This document shows, in pieces, positions 26,516 through 35,620 of a stretch of 35,620 nt of DNA. Source of the DNA: a virus (lineage: Duplodnaviria > Heunggongvirae > Uroviricota > Caudoviricetes); IMG/VR virus record IMGVR_UViG_3300029643_000041; one strand, written 5' to 3'. The translations under genes were made by a program, and so were the position numbers. Below the pieces are notes generated by a model, which worked only from the letters and a program-made list of their open reading frames with translations, ran no database searches and was not told the origin of the DNA. Each line of letters begins with the position of its first letter. Within the stretch, counting starts at the first letter, position 1.

Positions 26516-28888
26516 TTAATACAGGTTTCGCCACTTATCATCTTCCTGCAAACGCTGGTTCCGATAGAAGATACGTAGGCCTGCTCCTGACGGAATACTG
26601 CCGCCGCGAAGCAGTAAATCGACCTCTTTCTCGCTGCCATCAAATCCCCTGGACTTCAGTTCATACACGAGCTGCAGTCGCTGATGGTCTGTAATTCGCT
26701 GTTTGTAGTCTTTACGCCGTTTCGGTTTCACCAGGCGTAACCTTGCTGCCAGTTCCCGGCGCTCTTTTTTGCTCATACTGTGCAGGTAATCGTGCAACTC
26801 CTTGTCATCCATGCGGGTGATATCCGTTCTGGTATCTCCATCAGTTGATTTGTCTTTCCCTTGTTGGTACAAATTTTCAGCAAGGGGACAGTTATTGCCA
26901 CGAGTCCAAGGGGCGCAAGCGCCCTGGTCGGCTGCCGCCTCCTGAACGTCAACGGCTTTACGAACCATTTTCCACTTCACTGCATGAGTGCAGATCTTAC
27001 CCTCTGCAATGGGTGACCAGATGCCATAAATACGAATACCGTGATCGCCATAGGCGGTCGGCTCTTCGTTAATTTCATAAGCTGTTCTGATAAGGTGATA
27101 TTTGCGGGGAACCAGCACGCCGCCCTGCTTCATGATGTAGGTGGCAAAACAGCCAGCATCAGCAGCAGCCAGGATGGCATCAAGGCGTGGGTTATCCAGT
27201 ACCGGCGCACCTGCTTTTTTGTCCCCCTGCTGCCTTGCCGCCTGACCAGCCAGCAATCGCAGTTCACGGTAAGCCTGACGCCCCGGAATACCAAAGAAGC
27301 GGAATTGCTGAACACGATGCAGAGACGCCCAGGCATTAACGTATTCAGCGTTATCACGCAGGGATTTACCCGTTTCCTTGCTGATCTCACCAGCCAGACC
27401 ACGCCCGTCAATGTTCTTACTGATGTATTTCGCGATGTAGCTTGTTGGCGTACCTTTGCGCGGGTTTATCAGCTCAGACTTAAAGCGTGGTCCCGTGTTA
27501 TTACCCAGCTCCTCGCGGTCTTCACGAATGGCAAACTTACGCAGTAATGCAGTGATGGCGCGGCGGTCTTTTTTGCGCATAAAACACAACAGGTGCCAGT
27601 GAACTGTACCGTCATGATGCGGCTCAGCCACCCGCACGCCATACCAGCGCAATCCGGCTTTGTGCATCGCCTTACGAAATGCAGCAAACATGCCGACCAA
27701 ATAATCACTGCTTTGTCTTACTGTCGCGTTGGTCCAGGTCGGGTTTGGCCTGCCGTTATTTAGCGTGGAATGGAAACGTGACGGACAGGTGATGGTGTAG
27801 AAAACGGCGCAGTCACCACGCATTTCCGCGATAAGCTCCAGGCCTTTAACACAGGCCATCATCTCGTTGCGGCGATGCGCCGGGTTGCTGCTGCTGGCGT
27901 TTACCACATCCTCCATGTTCAGCGTGTCGCCGTCTTCGTTCACCAGTTCATGAGAACGGAAAAACTCCAGCGACTTACGGCGCTGCTCACGTTTATGCAT
28001 CACGGCTTCATAGCTGACATAGGGAGATGCTTTTTTGCTGACCAGGCAGACAGCACGCAACTGCTCTTCCCGCCATTCGCAACGCATCTTCCATAATTTC
28101 CGATACCACCAGTCGGCGCACAGCATACGCGCCAGCGAACCCGGAATGAGTTCATAAGGCACAGGTTTGCGGCGGTTTCTTTTCCGGCGGAGTTGCTCAA
28201 ACGCAGGCGGTATGACATCCAGTCGCAGGGTTTCTGCAGCCACCTTTTCCCATGTCTTGCGGATTTCTTCTGGCTTAACATCATCGGTGGCATACAAATC
28301 ACCACAAGCTACATCAAGGCACATACTCATATGCGCAGCTACCAGGGTGGACAGGCGTTTCACCTGATCCTGACTCATTTCAGGCAGAATCAGCAGGCCG
28401 TCCAGCCCTTCATGGCTTGCCATAAAGCGAAAAGAAGTGGATAGCTGACTGTCGCGTACATGCTCCAGCCGTTCCAGACATGGCTTAATCGTCTCACGCA
28501 AATAGCGGGAATAAGCCTTTGGCCTGCCAAGGCTGCTGAAGTATTCAATACGTTGCATCAGCGGCTTGCTGATATGGGAAGGCTGGGCATTGACGTCCGC
28601 CAGAATGACCATATCTGGATTAAAACGCTGCTGCTCATGCGCCAGCTTTGCCCGACTAATGAGCTTATCCTGCTCCATTTCGCGCTGGACAGGATCACGG
28701 GATTCATTAAAGAAATAACGCTCCCAGACCTGATCACTCAGTACCTCGCGGCGCAGGTGTTCCTGCTCGTTATCGGCAGCGTACAGAGCGATCAGGTTTG
28801 AAAGCGCAGAAACTGAAGATTGCTCTTCTGTCTCTACGTAAGGATTGATTGCTTTTTTCTCAGCATTCCAGGAATAGCTGTAGTTCAT
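26516..28888 (-). CDS. A: Rolling-circle replication initiator endonuclease A
   Basis: 790 aa (P2 gpA is 761 aa); contains the [10 protein letters not shown] metal-binding motif region of the GPA family. Confidence 0.9.
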   Translation of the reverse strand: MNYSYSWNAEKKAINPYVETEEQSSVSALSNLIALYAADNEQEHLRREVLSDQVWERYFFNESRDPVQREMEQDKLISRAKLAHEQQRFNPDMVILADVNAQPSHISKPLMQRIEYFSSLGRPKAYSRYLRETIKPCLERLEHVRDSQLSTSFRFMASHEGLDGLLILPEMSQDQVKRLSTLVAAHMSMCLDVACGDLYATDDVKPEEIRKTWEKVAAETLRLDVIPPAFEQLRRKRNRRKPVPYELIPGSLARMLCADWWYRKLWKMRCEWREEQLRAVCLVSKKASPYVSYEAVMHKREQRRKSLEFFRSHELVNEDGDTLNMEDVVNASSSNPAHRRNEMMACVKGLELIAEMRGDCAVFYTITCPSRFHSTLNNGRPNPTWTNATVRQSSDYLVGMFAAFRKAMHKAGLRWYGVRVAEPHHDGTVHWHLLCFMRKKDRRAITALLRKFAIREDREELGNNTGPRFKSELINPRKGTPTSYIAKYISKNIDGRGLAGEISKETGKSLRDNAEYVNAWASLHRVQQFRFFGIPGRQAYRELRLLAGQAARQQGDKKAGAPVLDNPRLDAILAAADAGCFATYIMKQGGVLVPRKYHLIRTAYEINEEPTAYGDHGIRIYGIWSPIAEGKICTHAVKWKMVRKAVDVQEAAADQGACAPWTRGNNCPLAENLYQQGKDKSTDGDTRTDITRMDDKELHDYLHSMSKKERRELAARLRLVKPKRRKDYKQRITDHQRLQLVYELKSRGFDGSEKEVDLLLRGGSIPSGAGLRIFYRNQRLQEDDKWRNLY

Positions 28889-29718
28889 TACGCAATCTCC
28901 AGTTCGAGCTGTGAAGGCTGCAAACCATTCGACAGCCAGTCAGAAACTGAAGGTGGGCGAACAGCTTCAATTGCACCTTTTAAAATTGCGCAACGGTTTT
29001 TCAGAATGACAGCTTTCAGCTCCTTTTCCGTCAGATTGCGCGAATACTCAGCCTCCTGAATAGCCCGCGTAAGCTCAGGATATTTGCTATTAAATTTGGG
29101 GACATTGCAGGCAAGATTTGTACTGTCGGCAGTCGCCAGTGGGTAATTTCCCAACACACGACCGTCAAGCATGCGCAAACCATGAACAGCTGTTTTGAAA
29201 TTGTGTCGGCAATAAATTGCTTCAAAAGCGTCCTGCATACGACGATGCCAGTGCGCAGTTCTAATAGCCGCATATTCACCAGACGATCCAAAGCAGACAC
29301 GAGGCCATTCACGACATAGCTCGATAAGCCGATCGATTGACTCGTGCAGATGCCAGACGGGAGTTGCCTTCCCGTAGAACATTTTCGGAACTTCGTTTAT
29401 CAGGGCATCATTGTCACGTTCACCTCCGTCCACAACATCAGGAATGACAAAAAAAGCGACCTTAGGATGGTGGTAATAGTTCAGGAGCCATTTATAAAAA
29501 TCACTCCAGTTAATTTTTAGCCCACGCCCCCATGCAGAAAATGCGCCGTTATCAATGCCAACGACCTGAGCGTGCTGAATGGACGCCGCAATCTGATCTG
29601 GTCGTACATAGGAGACGAAAGCACCAGCTCCGCTCACCGCAATACGATGAACGTCGCCAGCACTTCCCCAGACAGGCGTCCCATGGAAATGATGAATTCC
29701 GTGGTGCATTTCTTTCAC
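28888..29718 (-). CDS. Hypothetical protein (276 aa), translationally coupled between dam and A
   Basis: Open frame with start overlapping the dam stop and stop overlapping the A start; His-rich N-terminus and a [10 protein letters not shown] motif; no family assigned by eye. Confidence 0.7.
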   Translation of the reverse strand: MKEMHHGIHHFHGTPVWGSAGDVHRIAVSGAGAFVSYVRPDQIAASIQHAQVVGIDNGAFSAWGRGLKINWSDFYKWLLNYYHHPKVAFFVIPDVVDGGERDNDALINEVPKMFYGKATPVWHLHESIDRLIELCREWPRVCFGSSGEYAAIRTAHWHRRMQDAFEAIYCRHNFKTAVHGLRMLDGRVLGNYPLATADSTNLACNVPKFNSKYPELTRAIQEAEYSRNLTEKELKAVILKNRCAILKGAIEAVRPPSVSDWLSNGLQPSQLELEIA

Positions 29719-30569
29719 ACTTGCACCCCGAAAATAACAGTAGAGTCACGTCCCCTACTAAAATCGGCACTAAACCAATTAGCAGATTTAGTGGCAATCA
29801 TCTCTGTTGCAAATTTTCCCTCCCCCGCTGCAACGCCGATGCTGCGTTTCGCCCTGATGTAGTGGTGAGTGAAATTACGATAAAGAGACCGGGTCAAAGA
29901 CGTGTCACTGTTAGAAACAATGACCGGATGTCCTTCAGATGCTCGATGTTCAAGAACGGATGCCAGGTGATACTGGTCATCTTCAGTGAAACCATCAGTG
30001 TGATAGCCGGAAAACGTACCGTCATACGGCGGATCGCAATACACCACATCCCCCGCCTTCAACATCGCCAGCGTTTCATCAAAGCTGGCGCAGAAAAACG
30101 TTGCCCGCTGGGCTTTTTCTGCAAATGCGCGAATTTCTTTTTCAGGGAAATACGGATTTTTATAATTACCGTAGGGAATGTTGAAATGCCCGCTCTTGTT
30201 ATAGCGGCATAAACCACGGTAACCGTGACGATTGAGATACAGAAAATATACCGCTTTCATGAAATCAGTAATTTCAGTGGAGTAATTAAACTCCTGCCTT
30301 ATGTTGTAATAAGCCACCTCCCTGTTTGCGATCTCAAATAAAACTCTGGCGCGAGATATAAACGATTCACAATCAGCGGCAACCTTTTTATAGAGGTTGA
30401 TTAAATCAGGATTAATATCCGCAACCAGATAGCTGGGGTAATCCGTCTCCATCATCACAGCACAGGAACCCGCGAAAGGTTCAACCAGTCGCGGGCCAGC
30501 AGGAAGGTGTTTTTTCAGTTCGGACATTATGGCGGTTTTATTTCCCGCCCATTTCAGGATAGTGCTCAT
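29715..30569 (-). CDS. dam: DNA adenine methyltransferase, Dam-like (D12 class)
   Basis: ILKWAGNK N-terminal motif and DPPY catalytic motif ([10 protein letters not shown]); start taken at the Met of [11 protein letters not shown] (track ORF begins 20 codons upstream at TTG). Confidence 0.85.
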   Translation of the reverse strand: MSTILKWAGNKTAIMSELKKHLPAGPRLVEPFAGSCAVMMETDYPSYLVADINPDLINLYKKVAADCESFISRARVLFEIANREVAYYNIRQEFNYSTEITDFMKAVYFLYLNRHGYRGLCRYNKSGHFNIPYGNYKNPYFPEKEIRAFAEKAQRATFFCASFDETLAMLKAGDVVYCDPPYDGTFSGYHTDGFTEDDQYHLASVLEHRASEGHPVIVSNSDTSLTRSLYRNFTHHYIRAKRSIGVAAGEGKFATEMIATKSANWFSADFSRGRDSTVIFGVQV

Positions 30570-30793
30570 ACAGCACCTCCGTTGTAATGTTTGCCTTTCA
30601 GCTCTGCGATTTCCTGACAGGTAATGCAAAGCTGCACACCCGGAATGGCACGGCGGCGTGCTGGCGGAATTGGCGCTTCACACTCAATGCAAAGCACGCG
30701 AGACACGCCCGGTGTTTTGGCACGGGCAGCACGGATATGGCGCTGGCGTTCTTCTTCAACGCGCTGCTGTACGAGATCCATTGCATCAGCCAT
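30566..30793 (-). CDS. TraR/DksA-family C4 zinc-finger protein
   Basis: 75 aa; CIECEAPIP...CITCQ four-cysteine motif. Confidence 0.75.
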   Translation of the reverse strand: MADAMDLVQQRVEEERQRHIRAARAKTPGVSRVLCIECEAPIPPARRRAIPGVQLCITCQEIAELKGKHYNGGAV

Positions 30794-31032
30794 TAGTGGA
30801 TCTCCTGCGCTTCGTTCTGGATTGCTTCAGCAGTCACACGCAGCAGTTCTGCCGCTTCCACGTGGTTTAGCTGACGGGATGAGATATGACACGCCAGGCT
30901 ATCAAGGCGAGCTGCCATTGCTTCAGCCCTTGCCCGGCGTTCTTCCAGACGAGCCTCTGTCAGTAAAATATTAAGCCCTGCATCATCCGGTCCGGTTTTA
31001 GTCGTGAGGATTTCAATATTACGCATAATCAA
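30793..31032 (-). CDS. Hypothetical early protein
   Basis: 79 aa ORF in the early operon; no recognisable motif. Confidence 0.45.
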   Translation of the reverse strand: MIMRNIEILTTKTGPDDAGLNILLTEARLEERRARAEAMAARLDSLACHISSRQLNHVEAAELLRVTAEAIQNEAQEIH

Positions 31033-31093
31033 TTCTCCTGAATTTAGATAAAGGGATACCCGGCGGGTTTACGCCATTAATTTCATTAGTTGG

Positions 31094-31435
31094 TTAATTC
31101 GGCATGGTTAGCCGTCTGGGAAATAAGCTCACCACTGCACGAAAATGATTCATTGCTTTAATCAACTCCCGCTTTTCGTCAGTGGTCAGCTCATTGATGC
31201 TGATGCTATGACGTTCAGCCGGAATTTTTGCCATAAAGAATATGGCTGCCAGTGCTCGTTTATTTTGTTCGTTATTGATATCCCGTGGATCACGCATATC
31301 TTTAATAAACCGCTCAAGCTCTGACTCAATATTCAGGCCAAAAACTTTCGCCCTTAATTCCGCTATGTGATTAAGTCCATTCAGGCGTTCACCGGGGCTT
31401 AATGGAACAGTCGCCGCAGCGCCTTCAATAGCCAT
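31094..31435 (-). CDS. Hypothetical early protein
   Basis: 113 aa ORF in the early operon. Confidence 0.5.
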   Translation of the reverse strand: MAIEGAAATVPLSPGERLNGLNHIAELRAKVFGLNIESELERFIKDMRDPRDINNEQNKRALAAIFFMAKIPAERHSISINELTTDEKRELIKAMNHFRAVVSLFPRRLTMPN

Positions 31436-31599
31436 TTGTTCCCCCGTTTTTTCGTAGATAGTTCTGCCAGCAATTCATCTTGTGAACGGCACGGATGCCA
31501 GCGTTTACCATCCTCACCCATGATCCAGCCGTGACCGTAGTGCATTGCCGGGCTTTGTTTTACCAGCAGCGATGCAAATGATGGTTCTTTCGTCAGCAT
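31399..31599 (-). CDS. Hypothetical small early protein (position of 186 fil)
   Basis: Start taken at the internal Met (MLTKEPS...) to avoid overlap with cII; overlaps the next ORF by 37 nt, so one of the two may be spurious. Confidence 0.35.
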   Translation of the reverse strand: MLTKEPSFASLLVKQSPAMHYGHGWIMGEDGKRWHPCRSQDELLAELSTKKRGNKWLLKALRRLFH

Positions 31600-31606
31600 A
31601 AGCACC

Positions 31607-32122
31607 TCACAGCAAACCGAATGAAGCACCGAGGCCAGTCACGGTATCAACTGCACTCGCCATCGCAGGATTAGCCTGTAAACGGGCCTGCAATGAAACA
31701 GCAGCCAGCGCCATCAGTCGTGTTACAGAGTTAATGCTGCTGATAGCATCACGACGACCGGCACTAGTTTTTACATCACCAGATACCGCACCTGCTGCAA
31801 CACGTCCGATCTCTGCAGTTGCGCTCATGACGTAATGCGGCAGTTTCTCTTTTGCAACCTCATTAATCGGTACACATGGCAGGCAGTGAATCTGTGCCAG
31901 AAAACCATCTACCAGCGTTGAATCTTCAGTCAGATCGGTAAGCAGCCAGATTTCTGGTGCGGTTAATAAATGAGGCTGAGCTGGGTTCAGCTTGTTCCGC
32001 AGAATCTGCACATTCATGCCTGCACGTTCTGCCAGTTGCACCAGATTGTGGCGCAGTGCAAATGCACGACAGGCTTCATCAAAATGTGGATGTTTGGAAA
32101 CTTGGTAATCAAACATGGTCAA
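31607..32122 (-). CDS. cII: CII-like lysogeny establishment regulator (186 CII family)
   Basis: 171 aa; [24 protein letters not shown]...[25 protein letters not shown]...[21 protein letters not shown] closely parallels 186 CII as recalled. Confidence 0.8.
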   Translation of the reverse strand: MTMFDYQVSKHPHFDEACRAFALRHNLVQLAERAGMNVQILRNKLNPAQPHLLTAPEIWLLTDLTEDSTLVDGFLAQIHCLPCVPINEVAKEKLPHYVMSATAEIGRVAAGAVSGDVKTSAGRRDAISSINSVTRLMALAAVSLQARLQANPAMASAVDTVTGLGASFGLL

Positions 32123-32148
32123 TGCCTCTGATGTATTTCAGAATCGAA

Positions 32149-32370
32149 CTAATTAAGGTTTAGATTGCATTCTGAAAGCGCATCAACGGTCATGGCTGCT
32201 ATGTTGATCATCACTTTTTCGCGTTTTTTATCTTTACGCAAACGGTGACGGATAAGGCGTCCATCAGCCAACATGTCATTGATGGTATCGATGGACAGTC
32301 CTGTCAGCTCGCTATAGCGTTCAATAGTCACATGAGGCGTGGTAAGAGTGATTGAAATGTTAGGTCTCAT
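32149..32370 (-). CDS. apl: Apl/Cox-like excisionase and switch regulator
   Basis: 73 aa HTH protein, first gene of the lytic operon, divergent from cI. Confidence 0.75.
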   Translation of the reverse strand: MRPNISITLTTPHVTIERYSELTGLSIDTINDMLADGRLIRHRLRKDKKREKVMINIAAMTVDALSECNLNLN

Positions 32371-32414
32371 GATGCAACATTCCTCGTTTAATGATGATTA
32401 ATCAGGACGAATAC

Positions 32415-32454
32415 GGATCGTTTGTATTTTGTGAACACCATAAACATACGATCG
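32415..32454. promoter_or_regulatory. Candidate immunity-switch operator palindrome between apl and cI
   Basis: ggatcgtttgtatttt-gtgaacacc-ataaacatacgatcg, an imperfect inverted repeat centred in the 119-bp switch region. Confidence 0.4.
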
Positions 32455-32495
32455 CATCATGAAATCGTCAAGATAAAAGTTCACTTGGAGTGACC

Positions 32496-33065
32496 ATGAA
32501 TTTGGAGAAAGGCGGACGAGGCGCTATAGAGCGCATGGTAGAAGCTTATGGATTCAAAACTCGACAGGCGTTGTGCGATCATTTAGGAATCTCTAAAAGT
32601 ACACTCGCTACACGCTACATGCGTGACTCATTCCCAGCAGAATGGGTAATCCAGTGCGCCCTTGAAACGGGCACCTCGCTTAATTGGCTCACAACTGGAC
32701 ATGGTTCAAAGCAAACTTCAGGTAATACAAATACGATGGAAGTTGCTAAGTATGTATTATCTGATGGTGCCTTGCGTGAAGACGGTTTTTATATTTTTGA
32801 TAAGGGATTTCTACCCTCTACGTTTAAAAAACCTTTTGTCATCACAGATAACAATTCTGAATTTATTTGTGATAAAGAATTTGATGATATACGTGATGGT
32901 AAATGGGTAATAAGTATTGATGGCGAAATAACAATCCGCGACATTACTCGTTTACCCGGTGGAAGAATCTTCGTTGAAGGTGGAAACAGATCCTTCGAGT
33001 GCAAGATAGAAGATGTTGAAATAATTGGAAAAATTATAAGTTTAACAATTAAGTACGTTAGGTAA
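32496..33065 (+). CDS. cI: CI immunity repressor (186 CI-like)
   Basis: 189 aa from the ATG preceded by GGAG; N-terminal HTH (ERMVEAYGFKTRQALCDHLGISKSTLATRY), position upstream of int. Confidence 0.8.
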   Translation: MNLEKGGRGAIERMVEAYGFKTRQALCDHLGISKSTLATRYMRDSFPAEWVIQCALETGTSLNWLTTGHGSKQTSGNTNTMEVAKYVLSDGALREDGFYIFDKGFLPSTFKKPFVITDNNSEFICDKEFDDIRDGKWVISIDGEITIRDITRLPGGRIFVEGGNRSFECKIEDVEIIGKIISLTIKYVR

Positions 33066-33080
33066 TACCGGGAGTAAACT

Positions 33081-33272
33081 ATGCTTGGTAAGGTATTTTT
33101 TGTGGTTTTATCATGCTCTTTGTTATTAAACCCACTAACTACCTATGCTAAAAATTATCCTTGTTCTGGGAAAAAGGGAGGTGTCTCTCACTGTACCTCC
33201 GATGGAAAGTTCGTTTGCAATGATGGAACCATTAGTAAATCAAAAAAAATCTGTACTAAAAACTCGCGATAA
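33081..33272 (+). CDS. Small secreted cysteine-containing basic peptide (candidate moron)
   Basis: 63 aa; signal peptide [23 protein letters not shown], then a mature part with four Cys and many Lys; AT-rich; between cI and int. Confidence 0.5.
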   Translation: MLGKVFFVVLSCSLLLNPLTTYAKNYPCSGKKGGVSHCTSDGKFVCNDGTISKSKKICTKNSR

Positions 33273-33458
33273 TTTTTGCTTTTATATCTGCGCCTAATAT
33301 AACAATGAGCCGCAGGCTAACCGCAAAAGTCACATACTCACATAGCAAAAAATAGCCAACTTCATTATGGCTTCAGTGAGATGTATGGTCGCAAGATTTC
33401 ATACATTGACACTGGTTATACATACAGTAAAAATGCTCTCTATTGGAGGGCATTTTTT

Positions 33459-34490
33459 ATGGCAGTACGAAAACTCACCACAGGAAAATGGCTTTGCGAA
33501 TGTTACCCCGCCGGACGTAGTGGGCGTCGTGTGCGTAAACAATTCGCCACCAAAGGCGAAGCACTGGCTTTTGAGCGTCACACGATGGAAGAAACCGAAG
33601 CAAAGCCCTGGCTGGGCGAATCAGTAGATCGTCGAACCCTGAAAGACGTGGTTGAGCTATGGTTCAAACTACATGGTAAATCTCTGACTGCTGGGCAGCA
33701 TGTCTATGACAAATTGCTGCTGATGGTTGACGCTCTGGGCAATCCCCTTGCAACCGATCTCACATCTAAAATGTTTGCCCATTATCGAGATAAACGACTG
33801 ACAGGTGAGATCTACTTCAGCGAGAAATGGAAGAAAGGGGCCAGCCCGGTCACCATTAACCTGGAGCAAAGCTATCTAAGTAGTGTTTTTAGCGAACTAT
33901 CCCGCCTGGGCGAATGGTCGTATCCAAACCCACTGGAGAACATGCGAAAATTCACCATCGCAGAAAAAGAGATGGCATGGCTTACCCATGAGCAGATTGT
34001 TGAACTGCTGGATGATTGCAAACGTCAGGACCCAATTCTGGCACTGGTAGTCAAGATATGCTTAAGCACAGGCGCACGCTGGCGAGAAGCAATAAACCTT
34101 ACCCGCTCACAGGTGACCAAATACCGAATTACCTTTGTCAGAACGAAGGGGAAGAAAAACAGAAGCATCCCTATCAGTAAAGAGCTTTACGAAGAGATCA
34201 TGGCGCTCGATGGGTTCAATTTCTTCACAGACTGCTATTTTCAATTTTTATCCGTGATGGAAAAAACGTCTATCGTGCTCCCTCGCGGTCAACTGACACA
34301 CGTTCTGCGCCATACGTTTGCGGCGCATTTTATGATGTCGGGTGGAAATATCCTTGCTTTGCAAAAAATCCTCGGACATCACGACATAAAAATGACTATG
34401 CGTTACGCACATCTAGCACCGGATCACCTGGAAACTGCATTACGGTTTAATCCGCTGGCAACACTACCAACATCAATAGCAAGTTTTTGA
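33459..34490 (+). CDS. int: Tyrosine integrase
   Basis: Start at MAVRKLTTGKW (P2 Int begins MAIKKL); C-terminal HVLRHTFAAHFMMSGGNILALQKILGHHDIKMTMRYAHL catalytic region. The track ORF begins 26 codons upstream. Confidence 0.9.
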   Translation: MAVRKLTTGKWLCECYPAGRSGRRVRKQFATKGEALAFERHTMEETEAKPWLGESVDRRTLKDVVELWFKLHGKSLTAGQHVYDKLLLMVDALGNPLATDLTSKMFAHYRDKRLTGEIYFSEKWKKGASPVTINLEQSYLSSVFSELSRLGEWSYPNPLENMRKFTIAEKEMAWLTHEQIVELLDDCKRQDPILALVVKICLSTGARWREAINLTRSQVTKYRITFVRTKGKKNRSIPISKELYEEIMALDGFNFFTDCYFQFLSVMEKTSIVLPRGQLTHVLRHTFAAHFMMSGGNILALQKILGHHDIKMTMRYAHLAPDHLETALRFNPLATLPTSIASF

Positions 34491-34548
34491 AAATGCGTAT
34501 TTTGCCCTGTTGAGCTAATATTCTTTTTTTTCACATGGAGCACTATCA

Positions 34549-34818
34549 ATGAATAAGTTTCAGCATCAGGGAGCGGAATTGCGCAACAGAGCCAAAGAAT
34601 TGGCTTTATCCGTACTTAAAACTCACCCAGATGCCCAAAAAAACGGCAACGGCGTTAAGCAAGCTGAGGTATTTCGTCTAAGCGGCCTCGATTGGGGAGA
34701 AAAACGGAAAGCCACAAGTTCGAACCAACAATATTGGGTTGTTGCACTATTGCGTGAACTAGAAGAGGAGGGGTTAGTCGAACAGATTGAAGATAGGGGC
34801 CCATGGCGTCTAAGGTAA
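34549..34818 (+). CDS. Hypothetical protein between int and the att arm site (possible winged-helix DNA-binding protein)
   Basis: 89 aa ORF ending 5 nt before the arm-type repeat; no family assigned. Confidence 0.45.
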   Translation: MNKFQHQGAELRNRAKELALSVLKTHPDAQKNGNGVKQAEVFRLSGLDWGEKRKATSSNQQYWVVALLRELEEEGLVEQIEDRGPWRLR

Positions 34819-34823
34819 AACAA

Positions 34824-34847
34824 GTGGCGACAAAGTGGCGGCAGCGG
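34824..34847. repeat. Candidate Int arm-type site (P arm)
   Basis: gtggcgacaaagtggcggcagcgg, a near copy of 155-177. Confidence 0.4.
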
Positions 34848-34938
34848 TTGGCATTACCCCGTAATCACCACCACTGACCACCAACCCAACTTATTGTTTT
34901 TACTCTAACTTATTGTTTCCATTAACCCATTTACATAA

Positions 34939-34964
34939 ATGGGTTTTTTGTTGCCTGAAATTTA
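34939..34964. repeat. attR core, 26-bp direct repeat
   Basis: Exact copy of 88-113; lies downstream of int and is followed 5 bp later by the stop codon of a host TetR-family gene. Confidence 0.75.
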
Positions 34965-34968
34965 TCTA

Positions 34969-35535
34969 CTACCCAGCAATCCTCTCAACCATCCTCAAAA
35001 TCTCCTCGCGTGATAGCGGCTTACGGTCGGTGACAAAATGCAGCGTCATTCCCTCAATAAACGCATCAAGCGCGCGGGCGGTTCCGGGTTCAAACCATTG
35101 TTCGAGCGTTTGTTGACTGCGCTGCATCCAGTTTTGCATTACCGTTTTTAAGAGCGGTTTTCGGCTAGCCAGCGCGTAGAGCTGGTACATCAGCTCCATA
35201 TTATCCGGCGTTGCGACCTGTGAGCTGTAGATCATATCGGTGATAGCCTGGCATGCGCCTGGAGCATCACTAACATCGCTAAAAAATGCCTGATATTGCC
35301 GGGACATGATCTCAGTAAAACGGCTGAACGCCTCCAGCAACAACTCATCAATTCCTGAAAAATAGTAGGTCATCGATCCCAACGGCACCCCGGCAAGGGT
35401 AGCAATTGTGCGGTGTGTAACAGCATGTATTCCGTAAAGTTTCACCGCCTCCAGCGTGGCCTGGATAATTTTTTCTCGCCGTTGCGGATCGTTAGCGCGA
35501 CGCATGTCATTTCCTCTCTCTGCAATTGTGTACAA
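34969..35535 (-). CDS. Host TetR-family transcriptional regulator
   Basis: 188 aa; N-terminal TetR HTH ([37 protein letters not shown]); lies outside attR. Confidence 0.85.
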   Translation of the reverse strand: MYTIAERGNDMRRANDPQRREKIIQATLEAVKLYGIHAVTHRTIATLAGVPLGSMTYYFSGIDELLLEAFSRFTEIMSRQYQAFFSDVSDAPGACQAITDMIYSSQVATPDNMELMYQLYALASRKPLLKTVMQNWMQRSQQTLEQWFEPGTARALDAFIEGMTLHFVTDRKPLSREEILRMVERIAG

Positions 35536-35620
35536 ATGTACACAGTCTTGCTAATGTTGTCTTCCCTCTTCTTATTTTGACGTGGTCTATGACCGTAAAT
35601 TCTTCACGTAATGCATTGAA

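Larger units (their letters stand above)
88..34964. mobile_element. Integrated P2/186-like temperate prophage, attL core to attR core
   Basis: Bounded by identical 26-bp direct repeats; inside is the full P2-family gene order (ogr, D, U, T, E, FII, FI, H, G, I, J, W, V, S, R, lysis, X, L, M, N, O, P, Q, A, cII, apl, cI, int) in colinear arrangement. Confidence 0.85.

Noticed and set aside
33367-33627. 86-aa plus-strand ORF overlapping the 5' end of int, and the track's extended int start at 33381
   Set aside because: The integrase N-terminus aligns from MAVRKL (33459), matching P2 Int; the upstream extension and the overlapping ORF are probably non-coding leader sequence.

Overview
Almost the whole window is one integrated P2/186-family temperate prophage (about 34.9 kb), bounded by a 26-bp direct repeat (88-113 and 34939-34964) with about 90 bp of host DNA on the left and a host TetR-family regulator on the right. 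Gene order from the left is: ogr/B late activator, tail genes D-U-T-E/E'-FII-FI, a serine invertase with an invertible tail-fibre cassette, fibre and baseplate genes H-G-I-J-W-V, S-R, the lysis cassette, head and packaging genes X-L-M-N-O then P-Q, an AT-rich cargo block, an SOS-controlled DinI-like module, replication gene A with an upstream operon, the 186-type cII/apl/cI switch, and integrase. The most interesting element is the AT-rich cargo block at 22203-25770: a retron-type reverse transcriptase preceded by a 28-bp perfect-stem hairpin (candidate msd) and followed by translationally coupled P-loop ATPase and HNH nuclease genes, i.e. a retron with Septu-like effectors sitting between the portal gene and a cos-like motif. 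Other notable points are the Gin/Hin-like tail-fibre inversion switch with both crossover sites visible, a -1 frameshift site (T TTT TTG) giving E+E', a LexA box in front of a split Tum/DinI-like module, and a Dam methylase coupled to an unassigned 276-aa protein inside the replication operon. All assignments rest on reading the translations and sequence by eye; no database search was run, and hand-counted motif coordinates may be off by a base or two.
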